Shown: positions 1-14,311 of the stretch, piece by piece
How the letters are laid out: every line of letters begins with the position of its first letter
How positions within the stretch are numbered: the stretch's first letter is position 1
Assembly (NCBI GenBank): GCA_053919585.1
Contig: CM132790.1
DNA: 64,000 nucleotides
Reading direction: 5' to 3' (one strand)
From: Euprymna scolopes
Taxonomy: Eukaryota
Position numbers and translations under genes: made by a program
The notes under the pieces: generated by a model
What the model was told of the DNA's origin: nothing
Database searches by the model: none
What the model saw: only the letters and a program-made list of their open reading frames with translations

Positions 1-321
1 TTGTGTTACATATCTGGTCAATCTTTCTGATATATCATTTCTATTGTTACTTAAATTTTAATTTATTGGATAATATAAGTTTAGTAAGCAAAATCATGGT
101 TTTATTACTTTTAAATTTTATTTTTAAAAAACTGCAATTGTAAAAATTGCAGAAAAAACATAAATGCCTAAATCTTTGAAACATCATATTGCTTTGAAAA
201 ATATGTTGGTCGCTTATCTCTTTCGGAGTACATTATCAGTGTGCTAATTTCAATTTTTTATGATAAATATTATTGAAGTTATTAACAAAATTATGATCTG
301 CAACAAAGGAAGAAACAAAGT

Positions 322-352
<31 letters not shown>

Positions 353-389
353 ATATATATGTATATACGTCATTATACATATATACGAC

Positions 390-424
<35 letters not shown>

Positions 425-2454
425 GGCATTATATATATATAATTATTTATTCATTCTGTAACTTATATATATGAGATCTCCACCATCCTATATGTTTTCA
501 TGTTTTAGTCAGATATAAAGAAATATTATAATTACACAGAAGATATGAAGGCTGATATATAGATAGATAGACAGTGCGTTACGTAGGTGTTCATGAGTAT
601 GCATTATTTCTAAAGAATATATCCTCGTGGAAATTTCGCATTATGAAACTGTGTTGTAAATAATTGTACTTTATTTATAATTAAGTTATTCTTCAATCCT
701 CCCTGCAGAAATGCAGCTAATATAATCCATATAAAATATTACCTTATAGGAAAGATTTAGAATATTTATAAGATTTTTTCTCTTTTACTTTTCCTCGAAT
801 CATTTTATGTTAATTCTATTCTATGGCACATGGCGACGTACTCTGAATTCTTCATTTTGTATAAGCGGAGTGTGGAGGAAACTTGATGCTTTCCTTTTAG
901 TTAATGTGCACATATGAGTCAAACAGATTGACTTCCGACTTATAACTGTAAGTCATGTTAAACAGAATTATGAATAAGAAACATACATCACCTATTTGTA
1001 TGTGTAATATGCAACACCTATATGGATAGTTCATTCAGACATTATGCTTAACAATGACTTCGATGGATTTACAACGATTTTAATAGAGTGTTGTATATTG
1101 AACGAATGTTAAGATATAATGAATTAATCGGAAATCATTGCAGACACATATAAAATACATTAAGTTCTGCATGCTTCTCTCTTTTAAAAATTTACGTTAA
1201 TTTCTTTAATAATTTCATCAGAAGTCATCTGTTTCCTATGTTTCATAACGTGTACATGATTTCTTAATATATTGTGTTCTATAAAATTATTCAGTATTAG
1301 TTTTAATGCAAAATATAAAGTTATTCTTAGTGCGTTAATCGGATAACCCGTCATTTTTACATCTTATAAAGGTCCACTTGTCGAAAAAAGTGAATGCGTT
1401 GTACGACCATAGAAAGTGATGAGGGGTTGACGATCTGAGTGGATGGTTCAACAAGTAATTTTTTACATCAGACTTGCAAATGAAATTGTTGTAGTCAGTC
1501 CGAATGATAGCACGCGAAATAGTGTTCAACACAAGATAATTCTAGGAAAAAAGCATCGTTCATAGAACCACTGTTTAGTTTTAGGCACAGATAGAGCGTA
1601 AAAGAAAGTTTTGAAAATGATTGTAGATAGTCGAGTGCTTCCTGGCATGATATAACCGTATTTCTCACATGCACCTACCATTAAAAACAACGGTAAAGCA
1701 GGGCTAAACTCGCAAAGTCTCTTATGTGTTAAAGAGCGTGCAGGGAAGATAAAATAGAAGCTATTATGATATTTTTGACCTTGTAAGAAGAGGATATGTG
1801 TTCAGCAAGGCTGTCCTTCAGAGGTTGCAACCGTACTCAATTTTAGGACTATTTGGCTCGTAAACAAGTGGAGGATCGTACTGTATATGAGATGACTTCT
1901 GAAACGCAATAATGACACAAATGTTTTTTCAGCAATCCTGGACGGATTTGATGTAAATCTTCAACTTATGATCAGGAGTAAATGTAAGTCAACGAAACTT
2001 GGTTTTGGATACGATAAAATTAACCAGACACCTATTGCCCTAATGCACTACGAGCTCAACGTCAGAAGAAAGAGACTCAAGAAATGCTGCTATGAATGGA
2101 TGTATCGTTTGATTCTATGTGACAATTAGAGATTAAGGCAAATATAATACTCTAGCAATCAGTGTCTATTATTGCAGCTTCCCATCCCTCAATTTTTATA
2201 CAGAGCATTATTTTGAAAACATTATCTAGCGTTGAATTATATTTGTTCATTAGGGATTATATCGCCTTTTTTACTCCAGAAATCGGTTTCCACGAACGTA
2301 AATTTTACGGTTTGTACTGTCTTAAAATGGTAATCTTTCTGCTCCCTTTCGTAATATTATATATTTTTGAAACTTCTTGGATTACATTATCTGTCTTTTA
2401 AAATTTGACGATTCAATAAAGAATTTATAGCTTTATCCGTCACACACACACACG

Positions 2455-2528
<74 letters not shown>

Positions 2529-3850
2529 AAGGTAATTCGATTCTAGAATGATTACTGGGCGAGGAGAGGGAAAGTTGCAAATATCTGAAATAACATGACC
2601 ACATGATATATTTTCCCTTAATTTGTGTTGATCTTTGAGAAAATGATTTTAAATTGTGACATAATTTAGAATGCTGCTACGATAACGGTGATACCGAGCG
2701 ATGTCAGCCGGTTAAATTGAGACAAGGCATTAAAACAAATAAATACAGTATATAAATATAAGATTTTATTTTCATGAGAAATATTTATGTTGCTCTTCTG
2801 TAAATTGAGTAAATAAACATGATATGCTATAACATATTTATTTAAATAGAAAAAGGTCCAATTTAAGAATCTGCTGGAATTCATATCCAGATTTCAGCGG
2901 AGCGTAATTATCTCCGTTTAATATTGTTTCCTATCGTTTAAACATTGTCATTCAAACACGTGCAAAACGAAGCCAATATATTTCATTATTAAACTCATAG
3001 ACCCTTATATTTATACGCATATTTAATAAGATTTTGTAGTTGTAAAAATACCAATAGTTTCTCTTGCGGGCTTTACCGCATTTTACTGGAAAATATGTAA
3101 ATAAAGACACTTTTTTCATAACTGTTTTTGTTTTTATTCACGACCCATTTCACGTGAAAATATTCGGCTTTCTGTTTACATAAGTCTTCTACAACATTTT
3201 AATTACATGTTTTTTAAAGTTAAAATCAACTTTATTCTTTAAAATATTTCTAAATAAGTTCTGTTTATATTCTTTTCATATATTTTCAATGTTATCGTTT
3301 GTTCATCTTTTAAATTGTCTAAATTTTACCTTCTGCGGAGTTAAGTTAATAGTGATTAATTACTCTCCAAGAGTTTGTAAATATTTATTTAAGGTTTTAG
3401 CTTGTGAAAAATTAAAGTTCTGCTGGTGTTCAATGAAAAATACATCATTCTAGAGTAAGGTATTTTTTTATTTTTCCCAATGAAGTGTTTCAGCTTTTTT
3501 CAACATACAAGAAACTTACGTTGTCTAATTTACTCTTGTGGGGAGGCAAGTAAAACAAAAAGGTTGCAAATTTTAATTTAAAATTTATTGATTATTCAAT
3601 CGAACTATTTTACACAGATTTAATCTGTATATTTTAAGGATATCTTATTTTCTATTACGAAAATATTCTTATTATTAAAAAATATATTTTTTTACTAATG
3701 TGCCACCATTTACGAAAACTATAAGTCGGTCAAAAATAAGGGTTGCTTTCATATTTTATGTTCTATATTAATTTAGTAATATCTACTAAAGTTGTATAAC
3801 ATATAATAACCTACTACAAATCAGTTTTCTTTTAAGAAATTCCAAACAAA

Positions 3851-6456
3851 ATGGTTGGAATAAGACGTACCACAGAGTGTACTCGCAGTAATGATGCAAG
3901 AAAATGTTCAGAGCTACCTGTCTCATTAGATAAAACAGAACCACCTATTTTCCGTCAAGTCATTCAATACAGCTACTTCCGTTTACTACGACCTTTTCCG
4001 AACATGACAGAGTTTTCTATCTGTAAAATTATAGCAAAAATAGCATTTGAAAGGCAGTTAACCCTCGTTACATCTAGTAAATAAACTATCAATTCAGAAT
4101 AGAGTGAAGATCATATGTTTCCCAGAAAGCAAAACAGATGAATAGGAAATCTTTATTTGCATTCAAAGACAAATTTTTACAGGAAAAGTTAGATACGCTA
4201 TTTGGCATTGCTATTTGGACACTTAAACCGCCTATTTTGATAATGTGACAAAAAATTAAAGTGCAATAAAGAAAATTGCTAGACTAAGCACATACCGAGT
4301 TCTTCTCCTTTTGGAAAGTAGGTAAGATTATTTCTATTTTATTTTTGTAAGTAAGTTCGATTAACAAAGTCTTGCAATATTAAATTAAATAGATTTTCAT
4401 GCTTGCATTTAATCTATGAACAATTGTAAAAAGCAACTATTATTATTATCGGTTGTAATAGAATCTTGATATTGCTGTGTTTGTAAGAAAATGTCAAATT
4501 AGATATTTCAGATTTCAGTGGGACCGTGGGAAAACTTCAAAGACGAGCGAGCGAGAAAGGACCCAAGGGTAGGTTTCAGGTTGATCCAATAGACAAAACT
4601 GACATTAAATATGTAAAAAAAATACAACAGAATGACTGGAACAACAAGAGAGAGTATGATCATCATGATGCATACACATCTGATGGGTAGGATGCTGTTT
4701 TCCCACTCCAGTTCTAATAGTGAGGTAAGCGAATTTGAATACTTTGAGTATACCTTGTAGACACTTACAGTCTTATCAAAATACCTCGATATAGAATGGA
4801 ATAAACAGTGAGGGAGTTGCCTTCCACCTTGGAGGCAGCCTTCCTAATCAATTGATTATTGATGTAAAGTACATTGAGCTCATCAAACCTAATGCTGGTA
4901 TAAAATATATTATCATCGTAAAATAATAAATATATGGCGAAAAGGCTAGCATAAAAAATGTTCAATAATTACATGGTAAAATGTCGAAACCTTTGTTTGC
5001 TTGTGGATTAATAAAAAAATGATAACACGTATTGCTGTATAAAGAGATTTAGGGGTCCAATGGACATAAAATATAAAAACTAAAGGGAACCCTAGAAACC
5101 AGAACAGAATTTGACCGCCACAAAAGAGATGGAACATCAAAGTGGATATCTCACTAATGCAGTTATCCCTAATATTGATTCAACTATTAATGTTATGCAG
5201 AGAAAGGTGTATCCTTCTGAAAGAGTACAACAGTGTAGTTACAATTAATTTAGGAAACAACTCGAATACAATTGAAAATAGTAAGCCTTCTTGTCTTGTA
5301 GCACTTGTTGAGAGAAAACTACGGATAAAATTACACTCCATTGATTCCCTCTACATAAAAGTGAATTCTGATTTAAAGTTCATGTTAAACATATACATGG
5401 AATTCCAAAATGCCTACAACTTTCGCTGGTCTTCTAGAAGAATTGTGTAGTAATGACTGTAATCATTTCCCCACAGTAATATTTACACAACTTGCTTTTC
5501 CTCTGGAGGTTTGCTTTAAAATTGAGGAAAAAAGTGGACTAACATTTGACTACTAACTTTTATTCGAATATGCATTTAGTATTTCAAGAATAAAAGTTGA
5601 CGCTTATTTTCAGTGTGGAAAATTGGTCTTATTCCTGAGGCAAGATGGTTAACTTTGGCCATAAGACTAATGTGCTTATAGACACGAAGCCCCTATTTAC
5701 AAGAAATATCAAGCAAATTCCATTGCAGCATTAGATTTATAATTGACATATATGTAGTAAGCTGGTTTGAAATAAAAAGAGATAATAAGTTCAATGATTA
5801 GCAATTGCATAATATAAATATTATCAATAAGATCAAGAAACAGCCATATGAAATTCAACATATTACTTTAGAAAAATATAGCATAATCTTTTTGCTTTTC
5901 TGCCTGATGAGTAAGCAATGAGAGAGAAGCCATACGTTGTCAATTAGGTAAATAACAAATTATGCATATAATATTGATTAAATTAGTAATATCGATTTAT
6001 CGAGTCATATTAAGTTTCTGTTTGCATTTTATTATAAACATTAAAATAGATGAGTTTATATTTTAAATTATGCTCAATAAAGTAATTTTCATATTTTGTT
6101 AGAAGTTATAAGCCGAGAAAAATAAGATTTAAAAATACACAAATCAGCTTTAATGCTTATCATTCGTCTGAGTTAATGAACATTTCATAGAGTGGAGTTT
6201 GTGAACAAGCATTTACAGAAATATTTTGGAAGATAAATGTTTTGATTTACTGATGAATGGAACTAAGTTGAAGTTGACAAATTGGTGCTTATGTTTGCAT
6301 TGTGTTGAAAGAGCAATTCAATTTAAGACAGAAAGTTTCGAATCAGTGTATGGGTTTAAGGCAAGAAACGGGCATATAATTGCAAAGGTGTTGCGTCATC
6401 AAATGCGGCCTGTAATTGCTTTTAATGGATCTTACTACAGAAATTTGGTGCAATAG
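3851..6456 (+). mobile_element. Decayed intron-containing DNA transposase gene, hAT-related (hATm-like); pseudogenised
   Basis: Fragmentary frames give ELPVSLDKTEPPIFRQVIQY (N-term), WENFKDERARKGPKGRFQVDPIDK (~4527-4597), VALVERKLRIKLHSI (~5300), RWLTLAIRLMCL*TR (~5643), IRFIIDIYVVSWFEIKRD (~5730) and HCVERAIQFKTESFESVYGFKARNGHI (~6300). These resemble the RWLTTANR / VY.P.WF.IK / CHTQAVER motifs of this transposase group. AT-rich GT..AG intron-like gaps lie at ~4322-4511 and 5948-6102. TIRs not confidently found. Confidence 0.7.
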
Positions 6457-6672
6457 CTTAATCAAAAACATACATATTTTCTTTTTGTAATAAAAAATAT
6501 CTATTCTTTCAATCTTTTAATACTCTACTATTGTTCTAATTACTTTAATGAATTTAAAATTCGAACGTTGGAGCTGGCAGTAGTAATGTAGAAATTTTTT
6601 AAATCAAGTCAATTTTTTATCCGTTCAATCATATACATTTTATTTTAAATAAATTAAATCACATTTTTTGTT

Positions 6673-6733
<61 letters not shown>

Positions 6734-7949
6734 TAAATATACAAAAGAATGTTCAATCTGTTTTTATAGATGATTTTGTTGGCATTTCCTCAAATAACTG
6801 TGCAAGTAAGATATTTTTTGCATAGGTATTTATTATACGACTACTAAACTTGCCTGGATCTCTCTCTCTCTCTGTCTCTCTCTATTTATCTCTCTCTATA
6901 TATAAAGATGTATATATGGTACATAGGTAAATACAGATATCGAGAGACAAACATGCTACCGGCAGAGATAAATATCGCACTAGTTCAGCGATAATATTTG
7001 TTGCTTCACACACATACACACACACGCACACACACAGACACACACACATACATATATGTATGTGTATGTGTACATATTAAAATACATATCAATTAATATA
7101 TATTTATGTATATTATTATTATTAGTAGTAGTAATTGGTGTAATGGTAAAAGAAGGAAACATAGTTGAACCTCTTTCTATCGAAATTGATCTCCTAATTC
7201 AAATAATTTATTAATTTTGTAATCATTACCTGCACTAAAAAAACCCTTAAATGTTTTATAAAATTTGAACCAAGTAAAATAAGTAACTAAAAAAATTCCT
7301 CAATTAACTTTGAATTTCGAATTCACAGTTCTACAGAAAAAGTGAGTGCTTACATTCGCTGATACACTCAGATCTTTACAAGTTAACTTGGCAACATTAT
7401 ACATGTGTTTCCACAATCATTGATAAAAATATCTATCTTTCCTTGCAATATTAAGCAATAATCACTATGCACTCCTCCTGGTAAAATCTACTTGTATTTC
7501 ATTCAGCGGGGCATCAAATCTCTAGATTCTGCAAAAGGCCAAAAATAATGTACTACGTTTGTTTTACGCATGTAGTATAACGATATATTTGTGAGCACTG
7601 TATGCAGTGTTAGGCAATGATTTTATTTTAAATCCATTAGCAGAGGTTAGAGAATGATCCTTACGTAAGAATAAATTATAGTAATTCGAAAAGTATTCGC
7701 ACGAACTGAGGAACAGACTTTAGGTAATCTACACTTTTACATGAACAGTATGATTATTTTCAAATTAAAGTAATCCATTCGTCACGCACATCTTAGAAAA
7801 CTAAGACAATATCACACTTTAAAACATTTTAAATTGAGCAATGCTAGTGCTATCTTACAGAGTGTTTTAAAATTAAGCTACCGTTTTCTGCTCAGTTACT
7901 TGATATTTTCCTTCACTTACATTGTTACTGATTACATAGCAGATGAGTA

Positions 7950-8350
7950 CCGCGACAGACGAAGAACTGGATCACTGCACATTCAGATTTAAGGTGACGT
8001 TGTCATAGTCTCAGAAATATTTGCAAAAATGAAGACAAAAATGTCAGTCGATTAAGAAGTTAGATTAAAGAACTCACCAGAACTGTACTGATACATACAA
8101 TACGACTAATTTATATTTGCTGATGTCGACGATTATAGATGTTAGATACTTGTCCCGTATGCTTCTAAATCAGAGAAAAGATGCTCTTCCAACTTTTCTC
8201 AAATGCTTAACAGAAAAACCGAGAGATCTGAGTAAATGAAATCGATAACCTGCATTCATGGATACTCTTGATATTCTCTGGAATGTGTACTACATTCCGA
8301 ACAAAAGCAGGACTAACTAATAGATATTAAGCGAGTAGATCCTTTTGTGG
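7950..8350 (+). mobile_element. Highly decayed RTE-like LINE reverse-transcriptase fragment
   Basis: GC-richer island with remnants HIQI*GD..AKMKTK..IKEL and FADVDD, reminiscent of the RTE 'IRFRTDG..KAKTK..IRELLFADD' region; heavily frameshifted. Confidence 0.3.
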
Positions 8351-9919
8351 ACACTTTAGTTTGATTACATTAAAAGAATCTGCTCTTTACCTTCTTGAAT
8401 ATAACTTACGCTGTCGGAATCCTTATGATCTTGGCTGGCAGGAAGTGTGATTGTGAAGAACATATATTTTGAATACAGAATGCCGTCTAAGATAAAATGA
8501 CGTGTACGAAAATGATATAAATAATGAGTTATTACATTATTTCTCAACGTATTGAACAAAGATTATGTTAAATAAGTATATCTCTCATCAGTTAATTTAG
8601 TGTCGATTTAGTTGCTTCAATGAATCAATAAGGACATTTTCGTGCACTCCCTCCATCAGTCAGGGAGACTTTAAATCAAAGCAGGCAAAGAGGATAATTT
8701 TTATAAAAAACATGATTACCAATATATGAAAATTAAGAATTCTGCTGTGAACACTGCAGCTTTTTGGGTTTAACCTCTAGGTATTATTAGTTAGAACAAT
8801 AAAAAATGGACCCAGGTGCATGCTTTCCTTTCGGAATAAGAATACTCAATTTATAACCAGACGTGTTAGAAAGCAAATTTAATTATCACTTAAGTTTTCA
8901 ATTTATTTACAAAATTAGACAATTTATTGTAAATGTGTACACTATATTCTTAAACTTCATCTCACAAATCAGCAATAACCATTCAATTTACAAAACCATT
9001 TTCAAGTGATCCTAATAATTAGCACATTTTCTTATCAAATATTCTTATTTTAAATACTTCCAAATTATTTCCAAACACAATCCCAAAAATCGAAAGCAGT
9101 AAAGCTTCCAATGTTTTATACATCATTTCAAAAACTAGAAATACTCATTTAAACGCGTATTAGTTATTAGCGCACAAAATTTTTAATCTAATTGTGCAAT
9201 TTTAAAATAATTTCTTTCATTAACGCAAATTCAAATTAAATATTTTAATTTAAAATGCTCCGAAATTATTGTTAAACATAAACCTCAAAATCCGAATTAT
9301 TCACTTAAAACTATTGCACATTATCGCAGATACTTTCGACATCAGAATGCTCAAAGACAATTTCGTGGTTGACCGTTTCACTTTCTCCAGCCCCTTAATC
9401 GCTTTTTTGGCGCCCCCAGTCAGTATCCAATGTCCTGGGCGGTTTACCGAGTCTTACTATTTGGAGGATCATGAGCCAGCACATCATTCCATTTCATAAT
9501 CTCCAGTCTGCGATTATATAATCAGTAAACCGCTTAAATGTGGGGACAAAATGACCACACATCAGAATGACAGATCACTTTCAGGATCCCAGAACTTTTT
9601 CCTAATTACTTTCTGGTTTCGATTGGATGCGTAGTGGAGTTTTAATGACCGTTGGAGGTTGGATCTATCTCTTACGTTGGCCACATTTCGTAACATTCCT
9701 CGGAGCAAAGCTATGTAGTTAACGACAAAGCACACGATGATTATTCGAGTCGAATAACCACCAATATTCTGAGAGTCAGTTTCAGGCACTCTCACGAAGA
9801 CAGGGTCGATATGACGTTGAACGCAGCAATAATGATCTCTTCCTTCTTCCTTCATGCGCTGAAAGGAAATACCATTCAAGTTGGTTGTATCCTTTTTCTT
9901 AAGTTCATGTATAATATAT

Positions 9920-10643
9920 TGTAACAGTAAACGACGTTGACTCGGAAGGTTTCGTTAGGAAATTAATTATTCACAAAAGAGAGAAATGAAATTAAGGATG
10001 TACAATCTTTCACATGAGAGTCAAAATATAAAAGAAAAAAGTGTTGTTTGTAAATTTCTTCTTTCTGACCGTAATGATAGTCCATGAACGTGGCTAAGTA
10101 TGGGTTTCAATAATCAATTTCTTAGTTTTGATCGATCAATCGATGTGTGCTTCTCGAACGGTAGGGTGCTGAGTCGTAGGCAGTTTTCCCCGAGTTCAAA
10201 CTCACTACTGCAAACTACCTGCTAACGTCCCAGCTTACCGTCCAGATTGGATAATCAGCTATTTTCCCCCACATTCAAATAATGCAATCTTCCACAGCAA
10301 GGGTTCATATTGATGACATTCTCATGCACCAGGGAGCCCATTCCTGAGCGCCACGTCAGTATTGAGCTTAAACATCCGCTAGATATTTCTAATCACCTTC
10401 ACAGTATAGTGTTTCATAATTCCACTTTGTTTTGCCTAGTAACAAGAAAAATATACTTCACATCGGCAACCCCGCCATTTCACGTTCAACTGGCAGGGTT
10501 TATAGCTGTTTTTCGAATCTGCCATTAAACTAAAACGGATCTAATTTTTTTCCCTGCTTCTTTTTTGCGGGTATTTGCAACCATTGCTCTAATTTAGCTC
10601 TCCGTTAATCCCCCCCCCCGGTTTAATCTCGTTTACCGTTGCT
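9920..10643. mobile_element. Possible solo LTR (~724 bp)
   Basis: Termini tgtaacagtaaacga ... tcgtttaccgttgct form a 12/15 inverted match of the TG..CA type. Flanks are atat / agat (possible 4-bp TSD with one mismatch). GC-richer than its surroundings and non-coding. Confidence 0.35.
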
Positions 10644-11983
10644 AGATGAATCACAATATCCCATAATCTTTCTATGTATAAACTAAGAGATTAGAGAACA
10701 CTTTGGATGTCAACGCCAGTAAATTATACATGAGAGTTTAGTGTAACATTTTTATTTATGTAATTTATTCTGTATATAACACACAAACAGCGACGCACAT
10801 AGTGTTTACATATGTACGTCTTACGTCTTTATATGTAGATAGTTTGTAGTATGTAAGTTAATGGCGTTGAATATGTTCCTATTTTCTCCCAGTTGTGTTC
10901 TTTTTATATAAAATATGAATGTTTGTGTATTAGAGCTTAAGATGAGACATTTTATAATGTATACGGTAGTCCTGTGTTTATAACTGCGTAATGACGAATA
11001 CATCACCTCTTAAACGCGCTCATATGACCGAATGTAATGTTTTATATAAACAGTTTATACAAGCAGATCTACTTGAAAATACAAGTGTTAAAAACATAAG
11101 TAAATATACGTACCATATCAGTTTATCCTCTTCATTATTACATTCGTAATACAATTGCACATCTACGATGATGGCATTGTTGCGTTTTAATAAAATTTAT
11201 TATGCACGTCGTATCAATGGAATACTAATGCGTGAGACAATACACAGATAGGTAAGATATATATGCATTGACAATTTTATATCTCTCCAGTCTGAGAAAC
11301 AACATTAATTTATCAGGAACCAAATAAAAACGGATTTATTAACTAGTCAACCAACATATTTACTAACTTATTTTACTATTAGTTCATATTAAAGTTATTT
11401 AGATAAGCACAATTTAATAAAATATAATTTGTGCACTTATCCTTCGAGTCTACTAATATGAGCATATTCAAAATTTTTTCAAATACTCAGACAAATAAGA
11501 GAGAATTTCATAGATACCGATCCTAAAAAATATTATGATACCATTATCCGACGATCTATCTAAAATTCCCATCCCAAGAGCAATTCAGTGATGGCGTATT
11601 TGGCAGTAATTCCTATCGGCGCAGTGCCAAAGACTGTCTTAGCTATTGCCTTCTTGTACAAGACTGATGAATTCATCATGGTGCAGACAAACTGTATTAT
11701 TGAGAACAAAGCACTCTGGTTCTATTCCCAATGCAATACTTTATTCTTTTTCAACATTTAAATGATTGATTTACTCTCAGATGAAAAACATCATTACAAA
11801 TTGGTTAAGGAAAAACACATACTTCATTGGATAAAATTCAGAGGAATATAAAGAGAATAAATTTATAAATAATGCCCTAATTTTTCGTATATCAACATAG
11901 AAATGGATAGTTGTGTCAAACCTATTGCATATAAACAACGACGCTTTAATTATTTGTAATACATGCATATTCCCCTACAAGCA

Positions 11984-12283
11984 NNNNNNNNNNNNNNNNN
12001 NNNNNNNNNNNNNNNNNNNNNNNNNNNNNNNNNNNNNNNNNNNNNNNNNNNNNNNNNNNNNNNNNNNNNNNNNNNNNNNNNNNNNNNNNNNNNNNNNNNN
12101 NNNNNNNNNNNNNNNNNNNNNNCGTTTNNNNNNNNNNNNNNNNNNNNNNNNNNNNNNNNNNNNNNNNNNNNNNNNNNNNNNNNNNNNNNNNNNNNNNNNN
12201 NNNNNNNNNNNNNNNNNNNNNNNNNNNNNNNNNNNNNNNNNNNNNNNNNNNNNNNNNNNNNNNNNNNNNNNNNNNNNNNNNNN
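11984..12283. other. Assembly gap (N run with a 5-bp island); further gaps at 16178-16353, 20167-20334, 58261-58412
   Basis: Runs of n in the sequence. Confidence 0.99.
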
Positions 12284-12668
12284 ATTATAAAAATAATAAT
12301 TAGGAATTCCTTTATTTATAAATTTATATTTACGAAAATAATTAGTGTAAACTTTTGTTCGGATTTTCAGCGGACTCCTTTCACTTCCGCTGAATTTCAC
12401 AACTACCTATTGCAACATTTTTATATGAATACTCTGCGAATATACCCCTTTATTACACAGCTAGTAATCTAATGAAACACGAGGGATTCATACCATAACC
12501 TATTACACTAGATACGAAATCTTTATTGAAAAATTAACTCAACATGTGTTATATTACAGTTAAGACAATAGCTGTAGATCAAGCAGAACGGAAAACATGT
12601 CACTAAGTATGTTATTTCGGCTTAGGCAGATTACCACTTTTCTATTTTTCATCGAAAGATCCCAATGC

Positions 12669-12742
<74 letters not shown>

Positions 12743-12759
12743 TGTGTGTGTGTGCTTGT

Positions 12760-13140
12760 GTTTGGAGGTGTGTGCTGAGCAAAAAAAAAACATGGTAGTA
12801 GGAAGGAAGGCTCTAACCCGTACCACGAAGGAGGAAAAAATGTGGAAAAACTGACGTTTTTGCTGTTACGACAACCGCCAAATCGGAAGTGACGAAAGTG
12901 TAAATTAAGGCTAGACAATCGAAAAGAGGGGGTGACTTTCGAAAATATCGATGAAAAAAACGACCTCTCCCTATGGAAAATTGCCCAGTTGAGGGTGAGG
13001 AAATTAATGTTTTTAGCCAATTTTTGAATATTTGTCGTCTGAAAAGCGGAGCTTCAAAACGATACTAATCTTCTGAAAATCCGTCGCCTCTGTCGAAAGT
13101 TTTAGGCAGACATGAAAACATACATACATACATTTATATA
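12760..13140 (-). mobile_element. Non-autonomous Helitron-like element, same family as the 26.0-27.0 kb copies; 3' end lost in a (TG)n/(TA)n tract
   Basis: Reverse-complement matches to 26025-26165 (tttggaggtgt / acacctccaaa; acgtttttgctgtt / aacagcaaaaacgt; ttaaggctag / ctagccttaa) and to 26230-26370 (aaattgcccagttgagggt / accctcaactgggcaattt). Confidence 0.65.
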
Positions 13141-13600
13141 TTGGTAGCTCAAATTTTCGACCCAAACTGATTAAAAAGCTTGCTCTATCGCTGATTACCC
13201 TTTATGTAAAGTTTCAAATGTTTAGACCAGAAATTGTCTGAGAAATTTGGTAGAGATCGCAGAGGTCAAATTTTTGAATATTTGGACCTTATTATGACTT
13301 CTTTACATTTATTGTTTTGGGCACAAATGAAGTTATTAAGTTAGATCCATGTCCAAGGAATTTATATTTAAAATTTCAATTGTTTATACCCAAAATTGGC
13401 GGAAAGTTTGGTAGAGTTCTCAAAAGTCATATCGTTAAACTTTGACCCTTTAACAGCCAGATTTCTGCCCGAAAACAGATTATGAAGATTTCCCCGACTC
13501 TCAGTACCCTGTAAATTAAATGTCGAGTCTGTAGTCTGAGAGAGGTATTACGTAGCGAAATGTACACAGATAGTCACACAGACAGACACTTTCACTATAT
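13141..13600. mobile_element. Probable non-autonomous rolling-circle (DINE/Helentron-like) repeat
   Basis: Two diverged internal repeats (..tttcaaatgtttagaccagaaattg..ttggtagagatc.. / ..tttcaattgtttatacccaaaattg..ttggtagagttc..) ending in an acacagacagac microsatellite before (TA)n. Confidence 0.35.
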
Positions 13601-13780
13601 ATATACATATATATATATATATAAATTAAAGGAGATTAGAACAATAGTCTAAAGAGCTGAGTGTATTTTAATGTAACAGTGAAATTACTAGTTTAATTAA
13701 AATACAGGAAATAGAAAGTGCTCGTTGTAATTTAGATATATAATATAAGCTCGATAGTTAAATGTCCTAGAGCTAATTCA

Positions 13781-14311
13781 ATATTAAGTAATGTGATTTA
13801 TAATTTAAAATTTAAAAAACAAATTTTAATTAAATTAAAAATCCGTTTCATAAGAAGGAACAACAACAAAATCAATTATCTGTACGATCGTTTCGGAAAA
13901 CAATGCTTTTTATTGTGGTATACCTCAAGTTATGTAGAATAATTATATATAGTTTTTTGGTAAGCAAGGCCTCCTCATGAGCAAATTTTGGAGGGTTTTT
14001 ATTGAATTTAAAAGCCACCATAAATAACCTAGCATTAAAAGTAAGGCAGATGAATCTTTTACTTTTTCTTTTATTGAAATCAGGAACTGTGGTTAAAGTA
14101 GTCATTTAGATGTTTGCTATAGCTTTTTATCTTATTGATAAAATAAAATAAGATAAAAAGCTATAGCAAACGTCTAAATGACTACTTTAACCACAGTTTC
14201 CGAAACGATCGTACAGATAATTGATTTTGTTGTTATTCCTTCTTATGAAACGGATTTTTAATTTAATTAAAATTTGATTTTTAAATTTTAAATTATAAAT
14301 AACATTACTTA

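Noticed and set aside
1400-2100. Possible ancient LINE RT remnant (..VQQGCPS.. near 1800)
   Set aside because: Only one short motif; too degraded to support as a feature.
11500-11750. GC-richer island with faint Crypton/tyrosine-recombinase-like words (YLK..P, VIPIG)
   Set aside because: No catalytic motif or continuous frame; could be chance.
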